A DNA stretch of 64,000 bases from Podarcis pityusensis (lineage: Eukaryota), in assembly GCA_964106645.2 (NCBI GenBank), contig OZ067042.1; one strand, given 5' to 3'. The notes beneath the pieces are model-generated. The model did not search any database, had not been told where the DNA came from, and was given only the letters and a program-made list of their open reading frames with translations. This document shows, in pieces, positions 12,501-24,297 of the stretch (its first letter is position 1; the number at the start of each line of letters is the position of its first letter). Made by a program: the position numbers and the translations under genes.

Positions 12501-15500
12501 ATTACTTGGCTTTGATGTTCAGCAAGAGCATATTCCATTCAAGTTTTACTTCAGTTGAACAAATTCCCTTCAAGTTGCTAATTTTGCCCTTTTGAAGGAT
12601 ACCACTGTTGATTACAAAGTCTGCAGCTGCTTGAACTGTAGGAAGTAAAACCAAAACCTCTGGGATGTACCCTCATAGCTTCACTAAATCACTCTACTGG
12701 GAAGGAAACAGTGATATTTAACCCCATCCTTAAAATACGTTTGAAAAACACAGAAGGCATGCCTCCTAAATTAATATTACATACAGAAATAATGAGACTC
12801 ATTTCTTATGTACGTTCTTGTGCATTCAGAAAAGAGTTAGCCAGCTTAATAAAATAGAATGGTACAGCCATGTATTCTTATGCTTAAAAACTTGGACTGC
12901 TGAAAGTTAGTTGTGAAATCCATCTATTTCCCTTCCTCTACATTATACAATCTACAACAAGAATGAACAGACAGAGGGAAATTGGTCACATAACTGAAGA
13001 ACCATCTTTTCCCACATGAACCCACTGACATTTGAGGTTCTGCTTTGGGTCCTGAGCAGATTGGCTGGGGCATAGAATGGTTGTGAGGGAAGTTGTAAAT
13101 ATGGTAGCCATTGTAGCTGTAGCGCCCAAACAGCCTTCCAGAATCTTCAGACCCATGAGAAGAGAAGCCCCTTTGCTCTTTCAGGCTTTGGTGATGGGAT
13201 TGGAAAGCCCTCTGTACCAGTGGCATAGCGTGGGGGGTGCAGGGGGGCCGGCCGCACCGGGCGCAACATCTGGGGGGGGCGCGCTCGCACTCGCAGCTCT
13301 CTGCCCCTACCTGGCTCACTCACTCTCTCTCACTGCAGTGCTGGCTGTGCGAATCCGATCCGAGCCGCTGGGTCGCCGCCCACTGTGGAGGGGGTGGGTG
13401 CCAGGCGTGCAGTGCGGAGAGAGAGCGAGGGACTATCTGGGGGAGGGACAGTGCAGCGGCCGCCCAGCGCAGCGCTGAGCGCGGGAGAGAACCACACCAG
13501 ACCAGACCAGGCAGCAGCAAGAAGAAGCTGGCAGCGGCGGCAGGTTAGGGGTTAGGGGGCGCAAATTACTTGCCTTGCCCCGGGTTAGGAGGCGCAAATT
13601 ACTTGCCTTGCCCCAGGTGCTGACAACCCACGCTACGCCGCTGCTCTGTACACTCTATCAAGGGACTCTTCCTCATACTCCTCATACTCAATCTCACTGA
13701 ATTCTGAATTTCTTCAGATTCAAACCCTTCTGCAAAATCTTGATATACCTAATATTCTCAGAGGTGGGTATATGTATCTATAATCCAAATTGTCTTAAAT
13801 ACACCAATCTCTCTCTCTCTGCATCTCAAACATAGTAGGTAGTGACGGAAGACAGGCGTCTTTGTTTTCTTTTAAGCCCCAGGTTGAAACCCAGGACTTG
13901 CTGGGGACTTTTAAGCCTCTTCTCCTGCAATACTTTCCAGGAAGAAATGCTCTATTGAATTGAATATATATTGCAATAAATGGGACTTACTTCAGAGTAG
14001 ATGTGTCTAAGATTGTGTTATATGTTTATGCTGGAATTTTATTATTCTCTGCCTCAACTTCTAATCTGTAGATGTTTTATTGCATGTTATTCTATTGCTT
14101 TCATTGTTTTATTCTGTAAGGCACGGTGAGAGTTTAAGCAGAAGATCAGCTAATAAATAGTATACATGTATGCATACATACATTCAGAATGCAAGGCAAT
14201 CTGTGCAGCTCATATTTAAGGAAGCCCATATTTATGTGCTTTTTCCTTCATCAAATGACATTATTTCCTGGTCCATTTGTTTGCAATTATAGGTGGTTGC
14301 TTTTTTTAAAAAAAGTAAATTAATAATATTTGAAAAATAGTTTATCCTGTCTACCATCTGTTTCTTGCAATTTGCTGCAATTATTCAAATAATTTGTAAA
14401 TGTTTTTAATTATATGCAGTTAAATAAGAAAGATACCCTTTAACTGTCTAATTCTTGATATTTGTTCAGTAATCTGAACAATTTTTATATCCGTGTAAAG
14501 CATACAAAATGGATATACTGGAAAGCAATCATAGGTCAAGAAGTTCATTGGTGTTTGTACAGTATGACTGTTATTGTGTGTTTTTTAACTATTCCAGATC
14601 TACAAACAAAGTTGTTTTATCAATAGTGCTTTCTCTCTATTTTTCTTTTCTGTTTTGTTGGAAGAAGTGATACATCTCTCCATTTAGTTTTTATGAAATC
14701 ATTAACAACAACAACAACAAAATGAGGATGACATGGGGACGACAGGTGTACAGCACCACAAAAAGGCACCTGCATCCAGCATTGAATGCACCTTATAATA
14801 TACACCCTGAGAGGAGAACATGCATTGAGATAGATAGCTTATGGAGCTCTCGGGATTTAGCTCTGCTAACAGCATCAGGGTTGCCTCTCTCTGGAGGTCT
14901 ATATGGAGCAGTGGATTTGACTGTCTATTTGCATGTTTAATCTGTGCCTCTACCTACTTTTAACCTCTATATTTGTACATGAACTCAAATGTTACAAAAC
15001 TCCATAAGCCTCCAGTGATCTCCTTTCAAAGGAAACAGAACTCACATAAGCACTGTGCCCTAGAACTTCCACTGCTCAGGAAAGTTGAGGTACACATAAC
15101 ATCATGGTCATGAAAATCATATCAGTGATTGCCCAGTTCAGATGCTATTTTTATCCACATGAACCTGTGCCTGAGAAAATATAGACCAGTTTCCATGACA
15201 AAAAATATTGCCTGTACCATCTCTAAAATATTCAGATATTTAAGCAAGATGTTTTCATTTATAACCTAATAGATGATTTTATTAATATATATTTTTTCTT
15301 TAGATCCAGACTGTCATGCCAGTATGATACATTAGAAGCTGGATTCTGATGGGCTTATATAATGTACTGAATAAGAGCTACTTAGAGCAGGGATGGAAGA
15401 CCTGTGGCCCTCTAGCGCAGGCATAGGCAAACTCGGCCCTCCAGATGTTTTGGGACTACAACTCCCATCATCCCTGACCACTGGTCCTGTTGGCTAGGGA

Positions 15501-18308
15501 TGATGGGAGTTGTAGTCCCAAAACATCTGGAGGGCCGAGTTTGCCTATGTCTGCTCTAGCTGTTGTTAAGACTTCCAAACTCCCATCAGCCCCAAGCAGA
15601 TGGCCAAAGGTCAGGGATGTTGAAAAATTTAGTCCAACAATATCTGGAGGGCCACAGGTTCCTCATCCTTAAATCTTAAGGACATAAAAAACTAAATTAA
15701 GACGGCCCTATATGAAATAAGTCATTTTATTACATTTTATTATCAACATGTATAATACTATCGCATATAAACTGGACAAAAATACATTTGTGCAGTCAAA
15801 AGTGAAATTGTAAGTTAAAACTTCTGTAATACTTTACAGTGTACATTTAATAACTATCAACATATGCCCAGAATATTACAAGATTAATAATATGGGTAGA
15901 AAGTTACGTTTACAGTTTTTAAAACTGAAGCTAATTTAATTTTTTACCTAATAAATAATCAGTCTAGCAAGTAGTCACAAACATTCATACATCAAATTGA
16001 CACTCATGAATGCAAGAATGTTTACTGACCTTCTCCCGAACTTTGTACATCTGTGGCAATCTATTGTTGATTTGATTAGTAGCTTCTAAATTTAGTATCT
16101 GTTTTTGCATAGAGGCTGTAAGAGATTCAGGAAATATTTGCAGCTTTCCAGACTGTGCAAACTGTGAAACATAAAAAGGAAACAAAAGTATAAAGAAAAC
16201 ATAAAAACATAACAAAATATAAAAAGTAGAAGCACGTTTGTATTATTTGTATTGCAGCAACACCTAGAGGCTCCATTAAGAAGCAAGAATCCCACTCTAC
16301 TTTCACTTAACAAACCAAATATCAAATGCAAAATAAAATATAATTCCAATTTTCAAAGCTTGGGTAGGTAATTTAAATATATGAATGAAAGCAATAGAAC
16401 GCACATAAATTTCATAATAAATAGCAAGCCTATTCAATTGGTAGGGCTGCAATTCTGGTCCACTCTAGTGGAAGAGTGACCTTAAGTAGGAACAGGGTTT
16501 TTCAATGTTATTGCAGTGTTCACATGTTTCAGGAGAGAGCCAGACAGTGATGTCATAAACCTGCTCTGCATATTATTAACCGCTTCAGGATGAACTGAAG
16601 AATCGATACTAGAGCTGTGAACACTTCCTTGTACTGTCACTTCAGTTTAGAACTTCAAAATATTTTCCCAAAGGGTAGCCATGTTAATAACTTGCAGCAA
16701 CAACAAAAATCAAAGACTCTTATGGCACCTTAAAGACTAATGGATTTATTATGGCAGACGTCATGGACTATAGCACACTTCAGATGCTGTTATGCTTCTG
16801 CCCGTTATATGACTGCCAGCAGTGACGAAGGTAATGAGGTGTTTTCTCGGCAAACGGGGTGGGGGTGGGAGAGCAGCATACTAACTGGGCAGTAAAATTT
16901 TGGAGAAGACAAATATTTAGACAAGTAAACCTGAGTGTTAGCGGGGGAAGAGAAATAATGGAAATACACCCAAAGGGGGGGATTGCTTTGTGTGTGTTGT
17001 TGTTATTAGGGGAAAGGGTGCACCTTTGATAAGATTATTGTAGAAAATACAGCTGTAGAAACCAGTCTAAGAAATCCTTGACTTTCATGATGACAACAAA
17101 TCCAAAGCAACCGCCAACACTTGATTTCTTACAGGATTTGTCCACACTTCCATTTATCCTGTACTGTTATTACCTGTCCCTTATTTAAAGGAATGGTTCC
17201 TTATATTGGTGAAGCTAAGGCTGGACTGTGGGGCCCCAAAGTCTAGGGCCCCACAGCCCAGAGGGCTCTGAATGACAATCCAGAGAATGCAGAGTGATGA
17301 AGATAATGGCAAACAGGCCCCACATCAACCCCTGGATGAGCATGTGGGTATGAGGGGGGCACAGCAAAGCCGATACTCATAGCTGCAGGTGGCGCCCCAT
17401 CCAGTCAGAGGTAGCCAGTTATATACATGGTTACATATTCTCATTTCATTGCAGTGGTACCTCGGGTTACATACGCTTCAGGTTACAGACTCTGCTACCC
17501 CAAAAATAGTGCTTCAGGTTAAGAACTTTGCTTCAGGATGAGAACACAAATCATGCTCCCGCAGTGCGGCGGCAGCGGGAGGCCCCATTAGCTAAAGTGG
17601 TGCTTCAGGTTAAGAACAGTTTCAGGTTAAGAATGGACCTCTGGAACGAATTAAGTACTTAACTCGAGGTACCACTGTACTTTTACTTTAACATTATAGT
17701 ATCCCTTTCTGCAACAAAAGGATGCTTGTTTCCAAGAAAGTGTGTTTAGCATCAGAGAAAAAGAATTTATATACTGCCCTATACCCAGAAGTCTCAGGGC
17801 TGTTCAAAAAACTGTCAGCCAAGCTGGTGCTACAATTTTAAGCGAGTTCAGAATGCAAAACTGCACAAGTTCATAGCATCATTGGGGGTTTTTTAGATCA
17901 GGGTCTGCACATGACTTTTGCTCTAACTTAACAGGAATGTAGAAGTCCGTGGATTGGCGTATTTATTTGAAAATAAATGTTGTGTGCTTAAATTTCACAC
18001 CTTTAAGTAATACACATGGCCTTATAAAACCACCACACACCCCGCTCCCCAAGACCGTTATAGGTGAAGGTCTAAGTACTTAGCTGCACTACTCCATCCT
18101 TGTTTCGTAGTGGAATTTAGCACTAAGACGAAATAAGCAACAGGCTGCAACCTGAGACGTTGGGCTATGCCTTTCTCTCCCTTCCCTTCCCACACAAACA
18201 CCCGCCGCCGACCAGCAGAGCTGCTCAGAGGCTCCTTCTCTAAGGGCTTCGCCTTACCCAGGCGCCATCCCGCGCGGTGCTGGGGTTGGCCCGCCTCCCC
18301 TTGGGCAT
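6172..18308 (-). CDS. TEX36: Testis-expressed protein 36, complete 4-exon CDS (18258-18308, 16030-16161, 8188-8265, 6172-6507; 597 nt, 198 aa)
   Basis: Spliced translation MPKGRRANPSTARDGAW/FAQSGK...YKVREK/KPVNTFPFSIHDNRH...YLDS/GLGLRK...RFPK resembles remembered TEX36 (MTKGRR..., YKVREK, FPFSVHDNRH, DSGLG). All introns GT-AG phase 0; synteny with EDRF1. Confidence 0.92.
6831..6950. mobile_element. Old palindromic MITE
   Basis: Inverted termini gggtggaattcaa / ttgaactccaccc with internal inverted segments (agagtaaac / gtttactct). Confidence 0.55.
7240..7900 (+). mobile_element. Degraded L2 LINE 3' fragment (boundaries approximate)
   Basis: aataaactgaagctgaat (NKLKLN-like) and other segments resemble the L2 copy at 30250-31200. 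Confidence 0.55.
8188..8265 (-). CDS. TEX36: TEX36 exon 3
   Basis: tttttag|KPVNTFPFSIHDNRHCLLNVGEYLDS|gtaagt; 78 nt. Confidence 0.92.
13218..13643. mobile_element. Non-autonomous hAT-type DNA element with CpG-rich interior
   Basis: Perfect 8-bp TSD ctctgtac (13210-13217, 13644-13651); TIRs cagtggcatagcgtgg / ccacgctacgccgctg. Confidence 0.85.
15388..15670. mobile_element. Older hAT-type palindromic MITE interrupted by a younger related MITE
   Basis: Termini cagggatgg...cctgtggccctc and ggagggccacaggttcctcatcct; insertion at 15418-15553. Confidence 0.75.
15418..15553. mobile_element. Young palindromic hAT-type MITE (136 bp), nested
   Basis: About 58-bp inverted arms with one mismatch; 8-bp TSD ctctagcg/ctctagct. 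Confidence 0.88.
16030..16161 (-). CDS. TEX36: TEX36 exon 2
   Basis: tttcacag|FAQSGKLQIFPESLTASMQKQILNLEATNQINNRLPQMYKVREK|gtcagt; 132 nt. Confidence 0.92.
16668..16790. mobile_element. Probable Penelope-like retroelement terminal fragment
   Basis: gggtagccatgtta...ggcaccttaaagactaa...cttcagatgc resembles a common squamate Penelope-like terminal repeat (from memory). Confidence 0.5.
17452..17677. mobile_element. Tc1/mariner (Tigger/pogo-like) MITE
   Basis: TIR cagtggtacctcg / cgaggtaccactg; TA target on the right; same family as 40918 and 42318, in opposite orientation. Confidence 0.88.
18258..18308 (-). CDS. TEX36: TEX36 exon 1 coding part
   Basis: gccATG-PKGRRANPSTARDGAW|gtaagg; 51 nt. 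Confidence 0.9.
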
Positions 18309-18403
18309 GGCCTCCCCACGACCCAGCGCGCCCCGAGTCCTGCTGTAGTCTGGCGGGGTTCAGCTCCGCAAGGGAGCCGGAAGGGAGGGCTGAGGCGGCT
18401 CTC

Positions 18404-18417
18404 GTTGCCATGGTCAC
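18404..18417. promoter_or_regulatory. RFX X-box
   Basis: GTTGCCATGGTCAC, 12/14 to the palindrome GTTGCCATGGCAAC, about 100 nt upstream of the TEX36 ATG. Confidence 0.7.
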
Positions 18418-19600
18418 TACTGTCTAGCTCACGTCTTCTGTGCCGGGGACTCCCTCCATCACCCACCGACCGGGTGGAGAAGCGCCCTCCGTAGCTCGCC
18501 CAGCAATGAATGAAAAAGGCGAAGAAAACCCTTATTGTTTCAAGAAAGGCCAGCCTCTTCTCTCTATTAGTTTCCCGGCTTTTAAGAGGCAGCACTGACT
18601 TCGACTAGGCACACGGGAAGTTGAAACACGCGGCAGCAGATTTATAATTTATTGCCACACCGACGCGGGTGGATTTAGAAGCGGAGGGGTGGGTGAGAGC
18701 CCGGGGGAAGGGTCTCCTTCATTCATCTTAATAGGGGAGCGGGCGAACCTCGCATTCAATGCATTAGCCACATCTTTAAGCATCTCTTTACACAGCTGAA
18801 TGCAAAGAACCACGGGGGCTAACCGCACGCATATGAATTGCAGTTTGTTGACAGATGGTCTGGGGAGTAGACCCAACTGCTGTGAAAGTTTTCACGCATG
18901 CAACCCTGCTCTGCATGCAAAATATTCATGTTTAGAGCTCATTGAAACCACAGAGAAGTGCAGCTAGCCCAGCCCTTTACTCAAAAGCTTAACGATTGGA
19001 CCCTCACTTCATTTGTAAGGGAAGGACCTGTGGTAGAGCACCTGTTTTGCAGCGTTCGGAGACTGTAAACCCTGGAGAGGGTGTGCGGACAGTACAAAGA
19101 TGGGTAGACCAATGGTACTCTGCCCTTCTGATACTCCTAACTAACCACTGTTTGGAGTGGCCTGGGATATTACATGTTTGGGGGTGAGTGGTTGAGAATC
19201 CACCATGCACTGTCTCAGCACAAGGGGGCACTTCTTTCATTCGCCCCATTTCACAGAAGAACCCCCTAACGAGAAATGATATAGAGAGCTGGCATTAATT
19301 ATTTCCACTTAAAATTTGAACACACACAAGCTCTGTGGACAGAAGGCACAGGTGGAATCAACCTCACTGCTGCTCAGCCCATAGTGGCCTTTACAGTTTC
19401 CCCTCTAAATCTACATTTCCCAGGATTCATAGGAGTGTCTTGGGTTTGAGTTCTGGAAAAAACTACTAAGAAGCAAACAATGTCAATTGGCGAGGCTCCA
19501 ATTTTGAGCCTACTACAATTCAGCTTTTGGCTCCGCCTCCACGTTTTAACCAATCCTCTCTGTCCGAACCAAACTGAGAGTCGAACCGCTCCCTAAGAGA

Positions 19601-19610
19601 TCTCGCGAGA
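19601..19610. promoter_or_regulatory. CGCG element (BANP / 'Kaiso' motif)
   Basis: Perfect palindrome TCTCGCGAGA about 190 nt upstream of the EDRF1 ATG. Confidence 0.75.
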
Positions 19611-19802
19611 GTTCTCCTGTCTTTCACGCGAGCAAGGAAACGAAGTTAGCGCAGCGACGAAAGGGAGGGGGCGGAGCCTAGGTGTGCGTGGTAGCGTCGA
19701 GCTCTTTCCGGTTTTTTTCCTAGGTCGCCGGAATCTCCTCTCAGGGAAGCCAGTGAACTTCCGATTGTCACCGCGGTCGCCGCTGCCGGAGGAGCGAAGC
19801 GA

Positions 19803-19916
19803 ATGGGGGACCCCCGGGGAGCAGGGGCCGAGTCGGGCCTAGCAAGGAAAAGCGACCCGGGGGCACCCGCGCCTGGCCCGGCGTCGCTGAAGGGGGAGCG
19901 AGAAGAGCCGAATCAG
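19803..19916 (+). CDS. EDRF1: EDRF1 exon 1 coding part
   Basis: ATG-GDPRGAGAESG...EEPNQ|gtac; 114 nt, inside the CpG island. Confidence 0.85.
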
Positions 19917-22900
19917 GTACCCTCACTCCGCGTAGGCGGCTGTTGACCTTTACGCGCGCGCGCTCCCACACAGCGCACCCTCCCTGGCCTCTGTGCTTTC
20001 GGTGTCTCCCCGCCATAGTCACTTACCCACGTTGCCAAATTAACGTGGAACCCGCGTGTCGGACCCTCACCCCCCCCGTCGCTGTCTTAAAGGAAAGGAG
20101 CGGGGGCAAGGCGTGAATGAGCGCCCGTTTCTCCTCACACGCTTCGAGTTCAAGGTTGGGCCCCTCCTGGGAGAGAGAGAGAGTTGAAGTCAGAGTTCAC
20201 GTTCAGCTGTGCCTCCAAATAAGCGAAGTGACGAATTTCTAATGTCGTCTCTCCCTGCCACCCCTGTCGTGCCCCCCCCCTTCCTTTTATGGTTCCCCTT
20301 GTACTGTTTTTATGTTCACTTCTGGCAGCTGGTAAGTGGGTAAGAGTAGCAAGGGGGATGCTGCGAAAGGTCCAATGCTGAAAGGTCAAAACAATACACA
20401 GTGATTGTGTAACAAAACTGTTTCTTTTAAAGACGGAGCTGTTTTTATTCTGTAGCCCCGTGAGTGTACTAAATGGCATTCCTGAAATGGTTTTAGGTGC
20501 ATCTTGGTGGTTGTCCCTGCTTTGCTCATTGTAATCTTGCACTGTGGTGAGTAGACACACGGCATAGTGGCCATAGCACTATGTCATAGCTGTCAACCTT
20601 CCCTTTTTTTCTGGGAAATTCCCTTATTCCAGTGCCGTTTCCCATTGCTATCCCAGATTGTTAGATATCCCGGAGACTGTCCCCGGGACAGGTGAGGCTG
20701 CTGATCCCTTATTTTCAAATCTGAAAGTTGACAGCTATGCACTATGTGGGGCACCTCATGTTGGGGAGCCCTAGACGGTTTTGCCATGTTTGCCCTCTCC
20801 CCACCCCTGAAAGGTCTTACTTCCTTAGGGAAATTTGGTGCCATAAAGGCCCATAGCAGCTGGAGGTGCAGGGCAGCCTTGCCAAGGAGTTAGGCTCATG
20901 GGTTAGCTTCTTTATTGAAGGTTGTGACTTGCATCACATAGCTGAGCAATACGATTGGAATACCTACGTAACATCTCTTCACCACTGTACAGTGGTGAAT
21001 GCATGAAATCTTTCTGAGGTTGCACAAATAACAACCGCTCTCTTCATTACTGGTGTAATGAGAACCTTTCTACTTTGTATTTTGTGGGGGATCTTTTTAT
21101 GAAAGAAGCAAGCGCTGTGAAATGGAGACACTAAATTATTATGTGTTGGGGTGACATTGCCTTAGTTCAGCACTCACCATACATTCCTACAGGGGATGGA
21201 TTTTCTCTGAATCTTGGAGTGAGAGTGATTTGTGTGGGTTTCACATAGACTTTCAATGGCTGCAGTGGGTCACTCTTGTTCCACCCACATACTATAAATT
21301 ATTGCCTCTTTAGGTACAGAGTACACAAGAAAGGAGATCATGAGAAAATTTGGTGTGCACCATTTCTCAAATGTACTTGTAGGAAAACATGATACATTCA
21401 TACAAAGCTGCATCTAAACCATGGGTAGGCAAACCAAGGCCTGGGGGCAAGATCACCCAATCACCTTCTAAATACAGCCTGCAGACGGTCCAGGAATCAG
21501 CGTGTTTTTACATGAGTAGAATGTGTGCTTTTATTTAAAATGCATCTCTGGGTTATTTGTGGGGCATAGGAATATGTTCATTCCCCACCCCAAAATATAG
21601 GCCGGCCCCCCTTAAGGTCTGAGGGACATTGGACCAGCCCCCTGCTGAAAAAGTTTGCTGACCCCTGATCTAAACTTTAAAAAGCAAGCCATTATAAATA
21701 TAGTTGGCAGATTGTCTGGGCAGAGTTTGGGCGTGCAGGACTTTTTATTGAATGGGAAAATATAATACAAGCAGGATGTTATAATACCTGTAATTGTACT
21801 CTGATCTCCTTATTCTAACCAAACTATTTATTGTTTGTGCAAACTAGGGTTCTGTGCTGTTTCTTGGGGGCAATGAAGTGAAGAGCAGTGCTGTGGTAAA
21901 GTATTCATCTGCTCCACCACAAGCAGCATTTGCCCGCCTTCAAGAGAAGACTGATCTGAAACTTCCGCCAGCGAATTGGTTACGCGAAAGTGCCAAACTG
22001 GGACCAGCAGGGGCAACTATTCTTGGTAATAGCAAGAAGGGCAAGCCATTTTCAAGGTAAATATTGGAAATATTATTTATCCCCACTCAACCTATAGAAA
22101 AGTTGCCCAAGTTTGATTAAAAGCAAATAATGAAATACTACTTAAAGAAATGTGACAAGTTAGTCAGAGTACTTAACTATTAAAAAAAATAACATACATA
22201 CTTTCATAAAATCAAAAGGTTACAAAAATATCAAACATTTTAATTTTCTTTTTTTTAAAAAAAATGAAGCTAGTTAGGTAGTATTTGTGTATCCTATTTC
22301 CTATCAACTATTTGGCAAGGGGAGCTTTTCTTTTCATTTACGAAAGAGTCTGTGAATACAGCAGATGCTTTTGCTTACAGAATTATGGAGAAGCTATTTT
22401 TACTGCTTCCTGTGGCATCACACATTGTTCCAGAAAGTCCTCAGGTCCTCTGACCCAAGTGATTTTGGCAAAAATATCATTTTACCCTTTCATGAGTTGA
22501 GTTCCACTCAAGGATATCTGGATCCAACACTAAGAGAGAGAAAAATCTTGCTATGTAATAGATTTGTAATGATGATTTGACATGTACCTATAAATATATT
22601 TATTTATTTATTTATACAGTACTTTAACTAATACAATTCTGCTTCAATAGAATGCAATTCTAGTTACTTTTAATGTTACACTTTACACTTTTTTATTTTT
22701 AAAAATAGCTTTGGCATGGCGTATGATTTTATTGACTCAATTGGAAATGATGTGGATGTTGTATCTGATTCTGAGGTATGTATACATTGCAAATAAAGAC
22801 TTAACTCAAAGTTGTTACTAATGAAATTAAGTTTTTTAAAGCTCTTACCTTTGGAAAAGAGAGCCTTTTGATGAATAGCCATAATGAACTGGGTTGTGAT

Positions 22901-24241
22901 TTTGATAATTAAATGCTTTACTTTTATTCAACAATTTTACCTGCATTAGTGTATCATGTATCAGCAAGCTCACAATGTGTTGACAGCATGAAAGGTGTAC
23001 TTCTGTCAGTATTGAGATTTTATATTGCTTTTTAGAAGAATAGTGGCGTAGTGCATGTCATCTAATTTAAGAATGCGTAAGTGTCATCTATTATACAATG
23101 GGTTGGATACAAAAGTGCCATTCTGTTCATTCAAGGGGCTTGCATCAAGCAGAGCTTCTGTAAATAGAAGTGTACGTGTTGGTGATGTTTGTGATTCCTA
23201 CTTCTGTCTGCATTTTCTCGAATCACTTTCAACACTTCTGGTATGTGCATGTACACTTCTGGACAGGGAGCTACAAAGCAGAGCAGCTGAAATTCTGATC
23301 CACTTCGAAGTATAAATTAAGAATAAACTCTTTGCACAATTAAAGTTTTTATAAACTGCTGAAGAGCAGGGATGGGCATCATATAGTAATAATTGTTTTA
23401 AGCAGTTCGTGTCATCATTTCTGAAATTCGAACTCTCCCTCATGGAGCTGTCACAGGCTCCTTGAATTTTTTCACATATTTACACATTATAATGGTACCG
23501 TTAGTGGCTAAAATATTAATTAAATCCTACTTTTAGTATTACTGACTCTTGTAAAGGTACCACTGAAAGATCAAATAAGAGTTGAAAGTATCCAGTTGCT
23601 GTTGTGCCAGTGCAGATATCTATATTACACAAGTAAGAGAGGCTGTAACTTTACTGAGTATCCATGACTGCCGCTTCACATAAGAAATTCCCTTTTACCA
23701 CGTGAGGGTTAGAAGATTACAAACAGGAGGATTAGAAACTCTCCTTTCCCCACCCATCAAAAGTTGATGCATCACTTTTTCAACTCTGACATTACCTCAC
23801 CCCAAACCATGATTTGACCTTTCTCATACTCAGACAAGCTATGTTTCATGGCTGCTTTTTTGCTTCATTTTTAATTTGATCAGCACTCCAGTCTCTAGGT
23901 ACAGCAAGAACACATAACTGTCATCTGTCAACTCAGACATCCTGTCAAACCATAGCTAATTGGAGTATATTTGGATAGGACGGGTGGGACAGAGAAAAGT
24001 AAGTTCTGTTGCATGAGCAGAAGTCCACTCATCGGACATTGGAGGTCTTCTACTGTCTGATTCTGGTTTGCCAATTGATTGCTGTATTGCCAGTTTGATT
24101 GACATATAGCAGAGCAGCCCAATTTTTCATACCAGGTGGGCTGCAAGAGTACTTTGACATAGAACCTGCAGGCAACACACTACCTTGTTGTGCATGGAAG
24201 AGCGTGTTGCAAGGGCAGATTTGACACCCCACCCCCCAGGC

Positions 24242-24297
<56 letters not shown>

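Larger units (their letters stand above)
18150..18720 (-). promoter_or_regulatory. TEX36 CpG-rich promoter / first exon region
   Basis: CpG-dense segment around the ATG at 18308; contains an X-box. Confidence 0.7.
19480..20300 (+). promoter_or_regulatory. EDRF1 CpG island promoter
   Basis: CpG-dense; CCAAT near 19550, TCTCGCGAGA 19601-19610, GC box gggggcggag near 19667-19676, ETS-like ttccgg near 19705-19710. Confidence 0.8.

Noticed and set aside
12924-13548. Cluster of overlapping 66-133-aa ORFs
   Set aside because: Result of stop-poor GC-rich transposon sequence; no protein motif.
13543-13590. GGTTAGGGGTTAGGG as an interstitial telomere
   Set aside because: Only two or three imperfect units, part of the hAT element's subterminal repeat.
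17452-17677. Recurrent ttcaggtta units resembling a CRISPR-like array
   Set aside because: Internal subrepeats of a Tigger-like MITE; irregular spacing, eukaryotic context, no cas genes.
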